The translations under genes were made by a program, and so were the position numbers. From Hydrolagus colliei (lineage: Eukaryota), in contig CM068751.1 of the NCBI GenBank assembly GCA_035084275.1, forward strand, positions 10,788,001 through 10,852,000: a DNA stretch of 64,000 bases. The letters are read 5' to 3'. The notes beneath the pieces are model-generated. The model ran no database searches. It was not told the origin of the DNA and saw only the letters and a list, made by a program, of their open reading frames with translations. Each line of letters begins with the position of its first letter. Within the stretch, counting starts at the first letter, position 1. Shown in pieces: positions 26,368 through 38,965 of the stretch.

Positions 26368-28097
26368 GTAAGAACGTACCTTTCTTTTGGAAACCAGGTA
26401 CAATTAATTAATTCATTCTTTGTTTCGTTAAACTTTTCCCGACTCGGGTTTGAAACAAGGACCATTGTCTTTTGCTGAACTGGTGTACCATCGTGGTTCT
26501 TGTGGCTAAAACTGCGACCTTGTAAATAAGTGTGCCGCTGATGCTGAGAAAATACGCAACGCCTCAGTAAAAGTACTTGGGAGAGATAAGATTCAAGTGG
26601 CTTAGGGCATAGCCAAAGTGGAGAATAGTACGTAATGAAAGATTCATCCACGAGTCACTGTTGGGGATCATTTCAGTTTAGTTCTTGGTGCTACAATTTG
26701 GGACTTCTTCCACCATTTTTACTCAGAGGAACTGTGAAGAAACACATGAATGTCGCAAAAGCACTTACCTTCTGCTAGGTATAGATGTGCTGGAGAGGAG
26801 ATTCAGATTGACTTCTGGATTATATTTGGTCTGTGCTATTTCTGCTGTGTACTGTGCTAGATTGTGTTAATTTTGGTGGAACGTCATATCATGCAAGCTG
26901 TAAAATCAGCCACGTATTACTTCTATTTGTTGAGTAAGTGCAAGCACCCATGGCGTGCATTCAAAGCTTGAACAAAGCCGAACACCAGTGATTTGAATAC
27001 ATGTATTGTTTGCGTAACATTTCATGTTATATCACTTTTGATGTGTATTGTTGCTCATGGTTAGTTTAGTTTTTACAAAATGAACTTCTGTCGTCAACTG
27101 GTATCTGATTAATATCGCACGATAACTTGAATTGAGCATTTGATGTACAACGTTGGTGTGTCATTTCATATTTCCAGATCAGAACAGTTGTCATAGATTT
27201 CAATCTAATTGTATCACAGGTGAAATACTTCAAACATGGCTCTTTTGTTCCAGTAGCTGGTAGGATGTAACACCATTTTGATTGGCTTTTAAAGAAGAAA
27301 AATTGTGACATTGGGCGATACCGCCTGAAAATGTGGCACTTTCCCCCAGTGTTGATAATCTACCCGAGCCCCACACTTCCCATTCGGCTCGCCAACAATG
27401 CTCTCTTTTCTCTCTCTCTCTCCCTCCCCCCCCCACCTTCGCGAACATAGCATTTCTCTCTCGAATACATTGATGAATTGAGATTGGAGTTAACGAGGGC
27501 AGGGTTAACCAGTTTCGCTTTGAGCACCAGTTGGAATGAATCGATGTCGGGTGTTTCAGAAAGTAGTTCCTTATTTGAAAAAATACGCTCTCCTTTTTCA
27601 GAAGATATTAATTGCAGCTTTAATGTGACACGACCAGGGTATTACTGCATAGTGTTGAGTCTATCTTTATATTGAACATGTGGTATGTGACAACAGCTCT
27701 GAGTCACCTTGGAATACATTTCCAGTGTCTTCAGATCTCACAGTGAAATTTCTTTATCATATTGTTTCATATTGTAATGCGCTGTGATGTTATAGAGGCA
27801 ATGAACACCCTGTCGATTCTGCAAACTACAATCTATTTAAGTCGCTACATTCTGTTTCACGCCATGTGTTTTTCCTTGGCTCAACACATCAGCTTGCTGC
27901 ACTTCAATTTAACACGTCAATATGAGTGATGGATCGGTCTGTCCCTTTCATCGGAACCTTACCTGGTCGTCACCCTCCGTGCCTTGCATTACTGTGAAGT
28001 ATGTTTGGTGTGTGTGTGTTTGTAGGGCGCTGCCTGTGCGCCACCAGCTGCTGCATTTCACCCACAAAATACAGTCAATTCGCTTTATGGTATTTAG

Positions 28098-28210
28098 TAA
28101 TAATAATAATCCTTGTATTTGATACAGCGCTTTTCACGTCTTCTCGATGTCTCAAAGTACTTCACAGAATATACTGTAATGTAAATTGACTGTATATTTG
28201 TGGGTGAATA
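28098..28210 (-). mobile_element. SINE 3' fragment
   Basis: aataataatccttgtatttgatacagcgc...gactgtatatttgtgggtgaa. Confidence 0.85.
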
Positions 28211-28386
28211 TTAATGTATATTCCGTGAAGCTCTTTTTAATAACAGTAGTTATTATTAGTATGTCACACAATACACACAACCTGAACAATGTTACAGAAG
28301 CATGAAATACCAAATTTTGTTAAATTAACATCACATTTTTTAAACACACACGTACACACACACACACACAGTAGCAGAGTAGATAT

Positions 28387-29239
28387 TAGGGTCCGTCGAT
28401 ATGGAAATTTTCCGATTTAGATATATCGATGGGTTCTTATCGAGATATACCAAAATATCGATATTTTTGTGTTTTTCGTACTGCACATGCGCACGCTGTG
28501 CGCGCATTCAGAGTGCGTGCACATTCGGGGTGCGCGCGCATTCGGGGCCTATCTCCTCAGGAGGTAAATATCTTTCTCTCTCTGTGTCTCTTACTCTCTC
28601 CATCTCTGTGTTTTTCTGTCTGTGTCTCTCTCCTCTCTCACATCCCCCCCATCTCTATCTATCTGTATATTATCACATCCACCCCGTCTCTCCACCACCC
28701 GCCCCCCCCCCCACCGCCGCCGTCCCTCTCTCCTCCCGCCGCCGTCCCTCTCTCGCACCCCTCACCCCCCTCCAGCCGTCTCTTTCCCCCTCCCCCCCGC
28801 CATCTCTCTCCCTCCCCCCCTCCAGCCGTCTCTCCCCCCCTCCAGCCGTCTCTCTCCCCCTCCAGCCGTCTCTCTCCTCCTCCCCCCCCAGCCGTCTCTT
28901 TCCCCCTCCCCCCAGCCGTTTCTCTCCCCCTCCCCCCAGCCGTCTCTCTCCACCTCCCCCCACCAGCCGTCTCTCTCCTCCACCCTCCCACCCCTTGCAT
29001 ACCTGTATATTGTATTCTAGGACTATGAATACAATATGGCGGCTTTGCGCCTCGGTATGTGCATTGTGTATAGAGATGAGCATTCTGGGTCTTGTAGTTC
29101 AGTGTGCGCGCATTCCAATTTTTTACCTCGTATATATCGACTTTTCGATATATCGATATTTTTTAAATGCCTATATTGGCGTATCGATATGAAAATTATA
29201 TCGGGTTTTAGCGATATATTGATATATCGCCGGACCCTA
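28387..29239. mobile_element. Non-autonomous hAT-type DNA transposon (853 bp) with an internal minisatellite
   Basis: TIRs TAGGGTCCGTCGATAT and ATATCGCCGGACCCTA match at 15/16. Perfect 8-bp TSD GTAGATAT at 28379-28386 and 29240-29247. Many subterminal CGATAT/ATATCG motifs. Confidence 0.93.
28680..28995 (+). repeat. Pyrimidine-rich minisatellite, unit about CCAGCCGTCTCTCTCCCCCT
   Basis: About 10 imperfect copies of a 20-25 nt unit. It explains the Pro/Ser and Gly/Glu/Arg ORFs in all frames here. Confidence 0.9.
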
Positions 29240-31164
29240 GTAGATATGAATTGATTATTGATACATGCCCACTGTAAATTCACCTCCATCACCAGAATAT
29301 GTTTTTTTTATTGTAAAGGCTTGAGAGGAGGATTTGGGCACCATGCCACTAAAGCCTTCACATCTTACATCTTAATTGAGTCTGGTGATTTAACCTGTGA
29401 CTTGGGTTTACAATGGATGGAGCTTTCAATCAAGTGCCATCGTGGAAGTATTAAAAACCTAAAGTTAATCAATAGGAATAGGTTTTATGTTTTGACCTCA
29501 CGATGGAGCTTTACAGTACATATTGCGATCGGCTGCCGCGTTTCGCCCATAAAATACGCAGAGTCAATTCACTTTGCAGCATATTCTGTGAAGCACTTTG
29601 ATGCCTCTCACCAACGTGATAAGGCGCTGTATCAAATGTCAGGATGATTATTATTATTATCATCGTCGTATTTCTTCCTTGTTCTTGGGGAATCCTTGCG
29701 GCCGACGTTGCCTTGCAAGAGCAGTGAAGCCACTCGTACACAGGCTCCAGGCGGTGATGCTGTACAATCAGCTGTTTGTGAGCGATGTGAGAATTGCCAT
29801 GACTGGTATCTGCCTGGAATTTTTCGCTTGGCTTTTTTTTCTTTCTACTCCCTCCCTCCCTCCCCACCCCCCCCCCCCATCCCCCGCCCCTACGGCGAAG
29901 GATTTGACCTAATACTTGGCGCTTCATTTCGATGGCACGATTTAAGATCAGAGACTCGCTGTGGGGAGTTGCAGGTGCAAGCCAATTCACGGCACTGCTG
30001 GTTACAGCACCAGCGATGTGCAGCAGCATTGTAAATATTTTGGCTTCATAATCGAGAGCTAATGGCTCTGCAGTTGGTTGGAAGGTGGGGGGTGACGGAT
30101 TATCTATTCTCTGTCTCTCGCGTATGTATCTGTTTCCATACCTGTTTGATACCCTTCTTGTAGCAAGAGGAACAATTTACTCACAGTTTGCCTTTGCTTC
30201 TCAGCTACGAAACCAGGTTTCCTTGACGATCTCGTCTCGCACATACAGAGTTAGTGGATCTGATTATTGAAGGCTGACATTTTCCCTGTAGCTTAAAATC
30301 ACTAATTACATTCATGCTGATAAGGAGCGGTAATGAAGATAAGTTTAAAACATTGTAATAATCAAATTACCCGAATATATTAAAAAGGCGAACAAAAATA
30401 TCTTCCTCAGTGACGACGTGTGAATGTTAAACGGATAATTACATGTTATATGACATGTTTTCCATCACGTAGAAATCAAACCACTCTCATTGTTCGGTGT
30501 TAGGGATGGCAACATATGGGCTAAAGCAATAAATGAGGTGCATTTTTTCCAAGGATAATGCAAATTGTCTGTTTGGCGTTACAAGTTTCAAAATATTTTC
30601 ATAAAACGCTACTCAGAAAAAAAAAAACCATGATTAATCTTGAACGAGCTGTAATGTGGGGAGTTATTGTACTGCTGCAGGCCTGCTAATATCAAAGGCA
30701 AGGATCATTATTTTTACTGTGTTAGTTTTTGCAAATTTGTGCCACTAAAGCTTCAGATGGTTGGAAAGGAAGCACTCCCTCCTTTAAAGTAGCTTTGCTC
30801 CAGTTTAGAGGATTCACTCGGCAGTACAGTACTGCCATTGATTACATTTTATGAGAGCGATGGGTGCGAGGAATGTGTCTGTAAAACTGGACTGATCTCA
30901 CCCAGTTGTTCTGTTTTCTCTTTCTCGCTTGCCGTGCAAAAGGTGGAGCATTCTCATGACTCTTCGTGGCTCAGCTGACAGCCGGCAAAACAAGCGCAAC
31001 AAAGGCCAGTTAGTGCAAGAGTGCGGGACTGAAATGTCTTGCTCACAGACACAGTCCGACTCCACATTGTACTTCGTCAAAAGTGATTTGAAATGATGGT
31101 TACTTTTGGGGTTAAATATGATGAATGATCTTCAGGCTCCCATTGTTGGCTCTGGGTAAATTGT

Positions 31165-31489
31165 GAAGCTTCTGTAGCTCAGTGGTTAGAGCACTCGCTT
31201 TACAAGCTTGGGACCTGTGTTCGAATCCAGGCAGATCAAGGCGAAACCTTGGGCAAGTTTCCTTATTCCACATGCTTAATAATAATCAGTCCCCTCCCCC
31301 CAAAAAAATTGGTAATTTTCAATCCACGACTGTTTGTGGGGACACTATTGTGCACAATTGGCTGTTGCGTTTTGCCCACAAATATACAGTCAATTCACTT
31401 TACAGTATATTCTGTGAAGCGCTTTGAGACGTTGATAAGATGTGAAAAGCGCTATATCAAATGCAAGGATTATTATTAGTATTATTATT
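31165..31489 (+). mobile_element. tRNA-derived SINE, full length
   Basis: Intact A box tagctcagtgg, B box gttcgaatcc and (TTA)n tail. Confidence 0.93.
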
Positions 31490-32724
31490 AAATTCAGTCA
31501 GGGAGTAAGCACGGGCCCACAAACAAACTTGTGGGGAAGATTTGTATGTTCAGTCTCTGGCCTGTGGTGAGTTAACTGAGGCGTTCCGATTAACAACAAC
31601 AACTTCGATTTATATAGCGCCCTCCATACCGGATGGCGTTTCAGAGCGCTTTAAGTGAACAAAAGATGTCCAGGTTTCGAATCCTTTATTAAAATTCAGC
31701 GAACCTCTCATGTTCTGCGGATGTGCATGTGTGGACTCACTGAAAGGATAGATTTGTCAAGCACAATGCTCCACATACTTGAATAGCTTGCTGTTGCTCA
31801 ATGTCAAGTGTCGTTCATGAATAATGTTTCACTGAGGTAAGGTGCCATCTGATGTAAGTGAACCCAAGCACAGAGGGGGAAAAAAAATTGAGTCAAAAGG
31901 AGAGGCGAAAATGGATGAGGGAGAATCAATTAGTAATGTCCACTCTCGCTAACAACCTTCATTATTATTTGATCTTTACCACGTGTGCTCGGCTGCTATG
32001 ATCGTAACTTCAATGTTTCCTTGCTTTCATTTATCTCCCTCTCTCTCTCTGCTGAGACATACAGTATTTGATTCTGAGGACTTGCTTTTCTCTTTATTCC
32101 CTGGTTTCATGTGTTGGATTGCTCGAGCCTTTCCATTTTGCTCCATTTTATTATTACTACGACTATTACAAATAATAATCCTTGCATTTAATGCAGCGCT
32201 TTTCACATCTTCTAGACATCTCAAAGCGCTTCCCAGAATACATACTGTAAAGTGAATTGACTGTATATTGGTGGGCAAAATTTAGTGCCCCTTCCAAGCT
32301 TCCCTCCTCATCCCTTTTCAGCCTGTAAGTGCCAGTTTTTTTTAATTAACTTTCTGAATTGTTAAGCAAATGTGGCTGTTTTTCAATAGGATTCCTTGGG
32401 ATGACTTCCAAGGGCTACTAACAAGTCCACAGCTTGATGACCTCTGTTTTGTTGCTGTGGTGGATGTAAACTGTAAATTGAAGAGAGAGAGAGAGAGAGA
32501 TGATACTTGTACTCTGAATATTTGTTTCATTTTACCTGTGTGCCATAAAGCGTAGCGGCAGATTCCTACTCAAGCTCCTCTTCGCTAAAGGCACCATTTT
32601 GCAATGAATTTTGGTGCATAAACATCCACACTTTCAACCCCCGATTTGCTCATGTTGTAAACAATTGCATCTTTTTGGAGTGTTCATCCTTTTCCTTTTA
32701 TATTTGACATTTTCAAACTAAATA

Positions 32725-32924
32725 CAGTAAAAGCCTGTTTATCCGGCATGTGATCAACCATAACTTCTGTATAACCGGCAACGCAAAAAAAAGTCTGCAT
32801 TCAATTAACCAGAATTTATCCGGAAAAATGCATTACATTTAAAAAATATATATTTTAACCGCTTTAAGCGCTTTAACAGGCATTGGCTAGGTCCTGAGGG
32901 TGCCAGATAAACGGGTTTTTACTG
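32725..32924. mobile_element. Tc1/mariner (Tigger/pogo-like) MITE, 200 bp
   Basis: TA flanks both ends. TIRs CAGTAAAAGCCTGTTTATCCGGCA and TGCCAGATAAACGGGTTTTTACTG match at 21/24. Confidence 0.85.
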
Positions 32925-35167
32925 TAGGTACCTTTAAGGGCTCTGAGGCGCTACCTCTGTGAATATCTGCAGTGCAGATGCATAGTCACTTTGCATTGAA
33001 TCCCGGGAATCCTGCTTTGAGACATTCTCCTGACGTGAAAGGCTGTATATCAAATTCAGAGAAAATTATTGGGTTATTATGCATTGCAGTATTTAGTGTA
33101 AGCTAAAATTCAAAGCTCATTATTAATTCAATGGTTTCTCCAAAATACATTGCAGCAAAATTATAAATGATCAGTTCAGACAATATAGGAAGTCAGAATG
33201 TGCCGAAAACTGCACAAGTTTCAGCTCAGAACCCGATTCATTTCTCAGGTTTAATCACTGGAATCATTCACTGTTGTGTCTGCATGGATATATATAAAAA
33301 AAAGTTCATGATCTAGCTGTTCAGTAGTATTGGCAGTCAACTATTCTTTTACTCTCCTTTCATTTATAAAATGTCAGTAGTAATGAGTTAAACTCTAAAA
33401 GTTGATCTGAATGATTAGTGCTTGTCTAACAAGTGAATAGCTGTTAATTATCGGAGGAAACGTCAGTTTTGTAACCAGTTGCTTTAACAGACTGAAACAT
33501 ATGCTTATTAAATTAATAAATAACAGGGGATTGTTTTAATCGAACGAAATTATGTCTGGAATTATAAATACTGTAATACCTAGCAGAAAATTGGCTCTTA
33601 TTTCAAGTTATGCATAAAAGTGACACTCGGCACATAATAGTGGTTCAGCAAGTGTAAATATGTTCATGTATCAGTGGTGTGCTGGAGAGCTTTACAGTTT
33701 GATTGTGGATTGGTTAGAACAAGGATTTTGCAGGCTATTTTCAATAACATTTCAATAGGGACTTACTGTGAAGTGAATCAATTACAGAATTGTTGAATGC
33801 TAAATTCAGATTTAAATTTGCCTTTTCCATTACTTGTGTCCTTCATCAAGCAGGTCGATTTCATAGTAATATTCAACAAACGAACATGTTTTGAATAATC
33901 TATTATATAATTTTGATAAGGCTACACCCCCAGGTTTGGATTTAGTCCTTTTTGCGATCAAGGCACTCAACAAAATTACTCAAAACCTATAATTTACGGA
34001 ACAAAGTCTTTATAAGGGATTAGATCATTCACTTCCTGGCTGTTTTTTGTTTTTGGGGTGGGGGTGGGGCGGTGTATTACTGTACACAAATATGTCAAAT
34101 GTATGACATTGTTGTTCCACCTTATCAATGTAGAAATGTACACAGAGATTTTCATGTCCTCATTCTGCAATAATTAAAATTAATTTAGACTTTTCACGCA
34201 TCTAATTCATCTCGATAAATGATGTGGGAAATTAACATTTATTTTTGCTGTTGGAGCCAGTATAGTCAGTACTATCGTACAACTCAGAACACAAACAGTA
34301 ATGCCAGAGAAGAGAACAATTATTTATATTACATTAGATATGTATCCCGCGTAAAATGACATGTTCAGTTAATTTCTGGTAATGATTATGAGGTTGGAGC
34401 TGATGCATAGGGTTGTCATTTTCTCATATCATATCATAATAATAATCCTTGCAGTTGATATAGGGCTTTGTCGCATCTTTGAGACATCTCAAAGCGCTTC
34501 ACAGAATATCCTGTAAATATTTTGTGGGCAGAATGCGGCAGCCAATTGCACACAGCAGTGTCCCAGAAACAGTCATGACATGGATGCACATTCCACCTAT
34601 ATAAATCCAAGTTGTTGTTGTTATTATCATAGGGAGGTCTGGCCGTTGGATGGAAGATGTTTAGAGTTAAGACGTGGCTGACAGAGGGGTACCAGTTGTT
34701 TTGTAACTCCGTTTGGTAACAGCTTTTCTGGAGCAACTACCAGCTTCTGTCCTCTCGTGAAACCATTAACCTCGGTCTGGGATTTCAATTCACTTTCTTT
34801 TGCATTGATTTATCCACCTTTCAAACCTTCTGTTGTAGAAGATGGCATATCTTACCGTAGCTTCTTCCCTCTTGCCCGCTCACTGAATTATGAGCCAAGG
34901 CCCATCGATTTCCTTAAGGATTCCACTTTTGTGGAAAAAGTTACTGCTTGAATCAAGCCTTCATCTTTTCCCCAAAGGTAGATACTGAATTCCATCTTAA
35001 TTCATCACTTTGCTCTCGAGGCTCACAGCGGGCAGGCATGTAAACTGCACTTAGAACAATGCATCGTGTTCCCCTCTCCCTCCGCATCCCCCTTTCACCA
35101 CATTGACATCAGAATTTAACCCTTCTCATCCAAGTCTGTCCGAGTCTGTGGTCCATTTGTCTCAGAC

Positions 35168-35471
35168 AATAACAATAATAATAATCCTTCCATTTGATAC
35201 AGCGCTTTTAATGTCTTCTAGATGTCTCAAAGCGCTTCACAGAGTATACTGTAAAGTGAAAGGACTGCATATATGTGGGCGAAATGTGACAGACAATTGT
35301 GCACAGCAGTGTCCCACAAACAGATTGACCAATTTCAATTTATAACTTTTTTTGGAGTGGTTATTATTCGGTGTGTGGAGTAAAGAACCTTGCTCAAGGT
35401 TTCGCCCTGCCTGGAATTGAACCCAAGTCTCTCGGTTGCAAGGCGAGTGCTCTAACCACTGAGCTACAGGA
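35168..35471 (-). mobile_element. tRNA-derived SINE, full length
   Basis: Antisense of the family sequence. Confidence 0.9.
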
Positions 35472-35475
35472 AGAA

Positions 35476-35790
35476 ACAATAACAACGTCTTGCATTTATA
35501 AAGTGCCCTTCACATGAGAAAGTGTCCTGGAGAGCTGAACGGTGACGGAGCCCGATATTTAGCCGTGGTGGGGAAGTGGGGCAAGGGAGGAGATAACCGT
35601 AAACACAGCCATACGCGATCTGAAAAAGGGAAGGAAGGTGGGGGCAAGGCGATCAAGGGAGAGAGTTGCAAAGTTTCAGGGCGTGGTAACTGAGAGCACG
35701 GATACCGATGGTGGAGCGGAGGGGACGAGGGGACAGCAGGAGCCCGGAATTAGTCGAGCGGTCTCAAGTAGGGAGTAAACAGGTGGAAAG
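35476..35790 (-). mobile_element. L2 LINE 3' fragment
   Basis: An (aac)n tail, then ttgcatttataaagtgcc, then purine-rich agggagagagttgcaaag...ccgatggtggagcggagggg, typical of L2 3' ends read antisense. Confidence 0.6.
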
Positions 35791-36169
35791 CAAGTGGCAA
35801 ACTGTTTTTATCCAGAGTGGAATTATTGTAGCCATCAGAGGTACTTGGATCTTAGTCCAAAGAGTTCAATGAGGTCAGTGGATCCCAACTGGAATTTATT
35901 ACTGAGACGCTTTCCATCATCCAAACTGCTTGAATTTGCTCAGCATTGCAAGAGTGGTCTGAATGATGAAGACCCTTTGGCCAATCTGATCTGACCTGAT
36001 TTGATCTCATCTTTCCAGAGCACCCACCAAGCCATATCATCCTCCCAGCTCAACATCGGGCTTTATTTTTTAATGTAATTCAAGTGTAAGTTGCGCTAAT
36101 CACAGTCAAGCACTCTGGGGCACTACACTGTGTGAGGGGTGCTATATAAATGCAAGTTATTGTTGTTGT

Positions 36170-36412
36170 CTTGGCCTCAATTAACCACTCTTCCTGGTAA
36201 TCTGTTCCAGTCGTTAATTTTCCTCTGGTTAAAGGAAAACTTCCACGGATACCTATCCTGAAATATATATCCTTCGCAATGCCAAAGGGTATGTTTTCTT
36301 CTACTCTCTTGGTTCATTCTGAAGTATTGTTCTGGATTTTATTCTTTCAATCCCATTTTTAAATTTTATACACCTATATAAGGTCCCCTCTGAGACGTCT
36401 TCTTTCAAACCT
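36170..36412 (-). mobile_element. Degraded CR1 fragment
   Basis: accactcttcctggtaatctgttccag...attttatacacctatataaggtcccctctgagacgtcttctttc is the antisense of an RRLRGDLI.VYKI-like segment. Confidence 0.6.
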
Positions 36413-37057
36413 GAATTATACGATGGGACTTAAATGTGGAATCAGAGGCTCTGAGTTGTGGGATAAAGCTGCAGTGTTACTAGCACTGTTTTCCCAGGAG
36501 ATCCAGCTAAAAGTACCTCCCTGGCCAACTGGCATGATTTTTCTTTTGACAAAGTGTTTGTCAAAGGACTGAAATACATTAATTATGTCTGGAAGAAAGG
36601 AGCCTTCTCCCCACCACCCCCCCTCACCCCAACCCAACCTCCCCACCATCACTGCTGCAAACAATGCTGAAATGGGTGACACATACTGCATTCGTTCCAC
36701 AGTAACATTTAAGCTGTGTTGATATCCTCTGGGAGCGAAGCCATTTTGCTCCAAGCAGTATCGCAGTCAGGAGTAGGAAGCTTTATCTTTCTTGCTCCGT
36801 GTCGCATTGAATCGGAGGGTGTAAAAGGAGCCGATTTTGGTGCTCTGCACGTGAATGAAGTCTGTTTGGCGTGGCTGCTTGTGGCACATTGTTGTGCACA
36901 AAGTGGCTGCCACTTTTGCTTGCCAAACATACAGTCACTGCGCTTTATAGTAAAATCCTGTGAAATGCTTCGAGGTGGTCTCCCGAATATCAAATGTAAG
37001 GCTTATTCGTGTATCAGCAAGTTCTTCAATAATATTAAAACTAGTCTACTGTGAAGG

Positions 37058-37273
37058 AATAATAATAATAATCATCCCTCAAAAAACAAGCAATAATAAA
37101 TTGGTCATTTCAATCCACGACTGTTTGTGGGGACACTGCTGTGCGCAATTGTCTGCCGCGTTTCGCCCACAAACATACAGTCAATTCACTTTACAGTATA
37201 TTCTGTGAAATACTTTGAGACGTCTAGAAGATGTGAAAAATGTTACATTAAATGCAAGGATTATTATTATTAT
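37058..37273 (+). mobile_element. SINE 3' two-thirds
   Basis: Body and tail. Confidence 0.88.
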
Positions 37274-37445
37274 AAAGACCGCACTTAAAACAGTAATGCT
37301 ATAAATTAGGTCCAACGACACAGATGGAAGGCTTTAAAAAGAGATCTGATTGATGGAGCAACATTTCAGCAATTAGAGGGCATTTGCTTGTGTCCACAAC
37401 TGGCCACAGATTGGGTTGGGGTCAACCCAGTGCCATGATGTAATA

Positions 37446-38216
37446 AAGATAGATCCCGCTTAACGAAAGGGTTAGAGACTTTAAAACCCTTCGTTAAGTG
37501 AAAATTTTGTTAAGCGAGCGTTTAACTGTATTACTGTATTTGGCCGCAGCCAAAAGCTGCCCTGACCTGAGCCGCCCCGCTAAAATCAGTTTTGTTCCTA
37601 GCGTTGACATTTTCGGTGTACAGGTTGAGCGTCCAAAATCTGGAGTTCCAGAAGCCGGAATGTGGCAAAAATTGACAATCCTACCTGCTCCAGGCCAGGT
37701 CTTCACAGTCACCACACCGAAATATCGCAACCTGGGCCCAGGAATTTCCGGACTCGTGACGTGCTTCTGGTGTTCCGAAGTCTGGAAATACTCGAACCTG
37801 GGCTCGGGCGTTTCTGGACCTCGGACATCAGAAACACGAAAATCCGCTCGGCCTCGGTCCCTGCACTAGCGAAGGCCTAAGGTATAACTGCTATTGAAGG
37901 CTACACAACTTTAAATGCAACAATAAAATATTAAAATGTTAGTAAAATACAATAAACAGTAAAATACAGATGGTCCTCGACTTACTATTATTGATGCCAC
38001 AAAGCAGTGCAGCCCATACAATATGGGAGGAGCTTAAGCGGCAGAATGGTGGCCAACCAGAAAATGCTGTGCATGAGAAGCCAGCGAGATTTAAAGTGTG
38101 TGTAAACATTTGTTAAAGAGAACGCAACTTTCATTAAGCAGATAAGTGGTACAAATAGAAACCTTCGTTATAGTGAACTTTGGTTGACCGGGCGTTCGGT
38201 AAGCGGGGTCTACCTG
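37446..38216. mobile_element. Tigger/pogo-like non-autonomous element (about 770 bp) with further Tigger-like ends inside
   Basis: Left end TA-aagatagatcccgcttaacgaa and right end ttcggtaagcggggtctacctg-TA are an 18/22 inverted match. Subterminal cgttaag/cgttata motifs. Confidence 0.75.
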
Positions 38217-38965
38217 TATAAAGAATCCTGCCAGAGAATTTCTTGCCAGAAATTGAAATACAAAACACGATGAAAAGACTAAATGTGCCCTACAGCTGTT
38301 TATTGATTAGTTCAACAGTTTTGTGATATAAACGAGGGTTTTCATGTAAAACCATCAGAAAGTCCTCAACGCGGTAATGTCTAAATTTTCTGTGTTAGTT
38401 TTTGTTAAACAAATTTTAAAAAATGAGACTGTGATGAAAAGCCCAACATCCTACAGGGGTAAAAAGTGTAATAAGACACTTAATACATCAGAACTATGGC
38501 TGAAAACCTAATTACTGACTCAAGACTCTCAAAGGCAAGCCGCTCTCGCCATCAAGCAAAATCAGTTTAGGGGAAAAAAAACTATCTGAACGGGGTGAAT
38601 TGTAACACTCTGATAACCTCATTCAGAAAATGTATAACAAACACTAAGCCTATACTGCTCAGGATCACAAATACATTTCATGGAGATCATATGTACCATA
38701 AATTATGGAACGCAGGGAGCTATGAAAATTGATGAATATTTAATAGCCAGATGAATTTGGAGAGGAGCGAGGATTGCGCCTGTGCCTGAACGGTGAGCAA
38801 AAGCCAAGAGCAGACAAAACATGCCCAAGCTCAAAGAGGGAAGCTGCACTGTGCTCCGAGATTAGCCTGGCTTCAGATTCAATCCTCTGCCCTGATCTGA
38901 CACAGTAAATTCCTGATAACTCAACCGTGCCTTAATTTGTCACTGCCACTTAATTCACTGCCACA

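Noticed and set aside
28401-29192. 263-aa and overlapping Pro/Ser- or Gly/Arg-rich ORFs
   Set aside because: They are open in nearly all frames because of a stop-free minisatellite inside a hAT MITE. Not genes.
31249-31479. Recurrent ORF family (...PTNIQSIHFTVYSVKRFETSIRCEKRYIKCKDYY)
   Set aside because: This is the translation of the SINE 3' half. Frames and stops vary freely among copies, so it is not a protein family.
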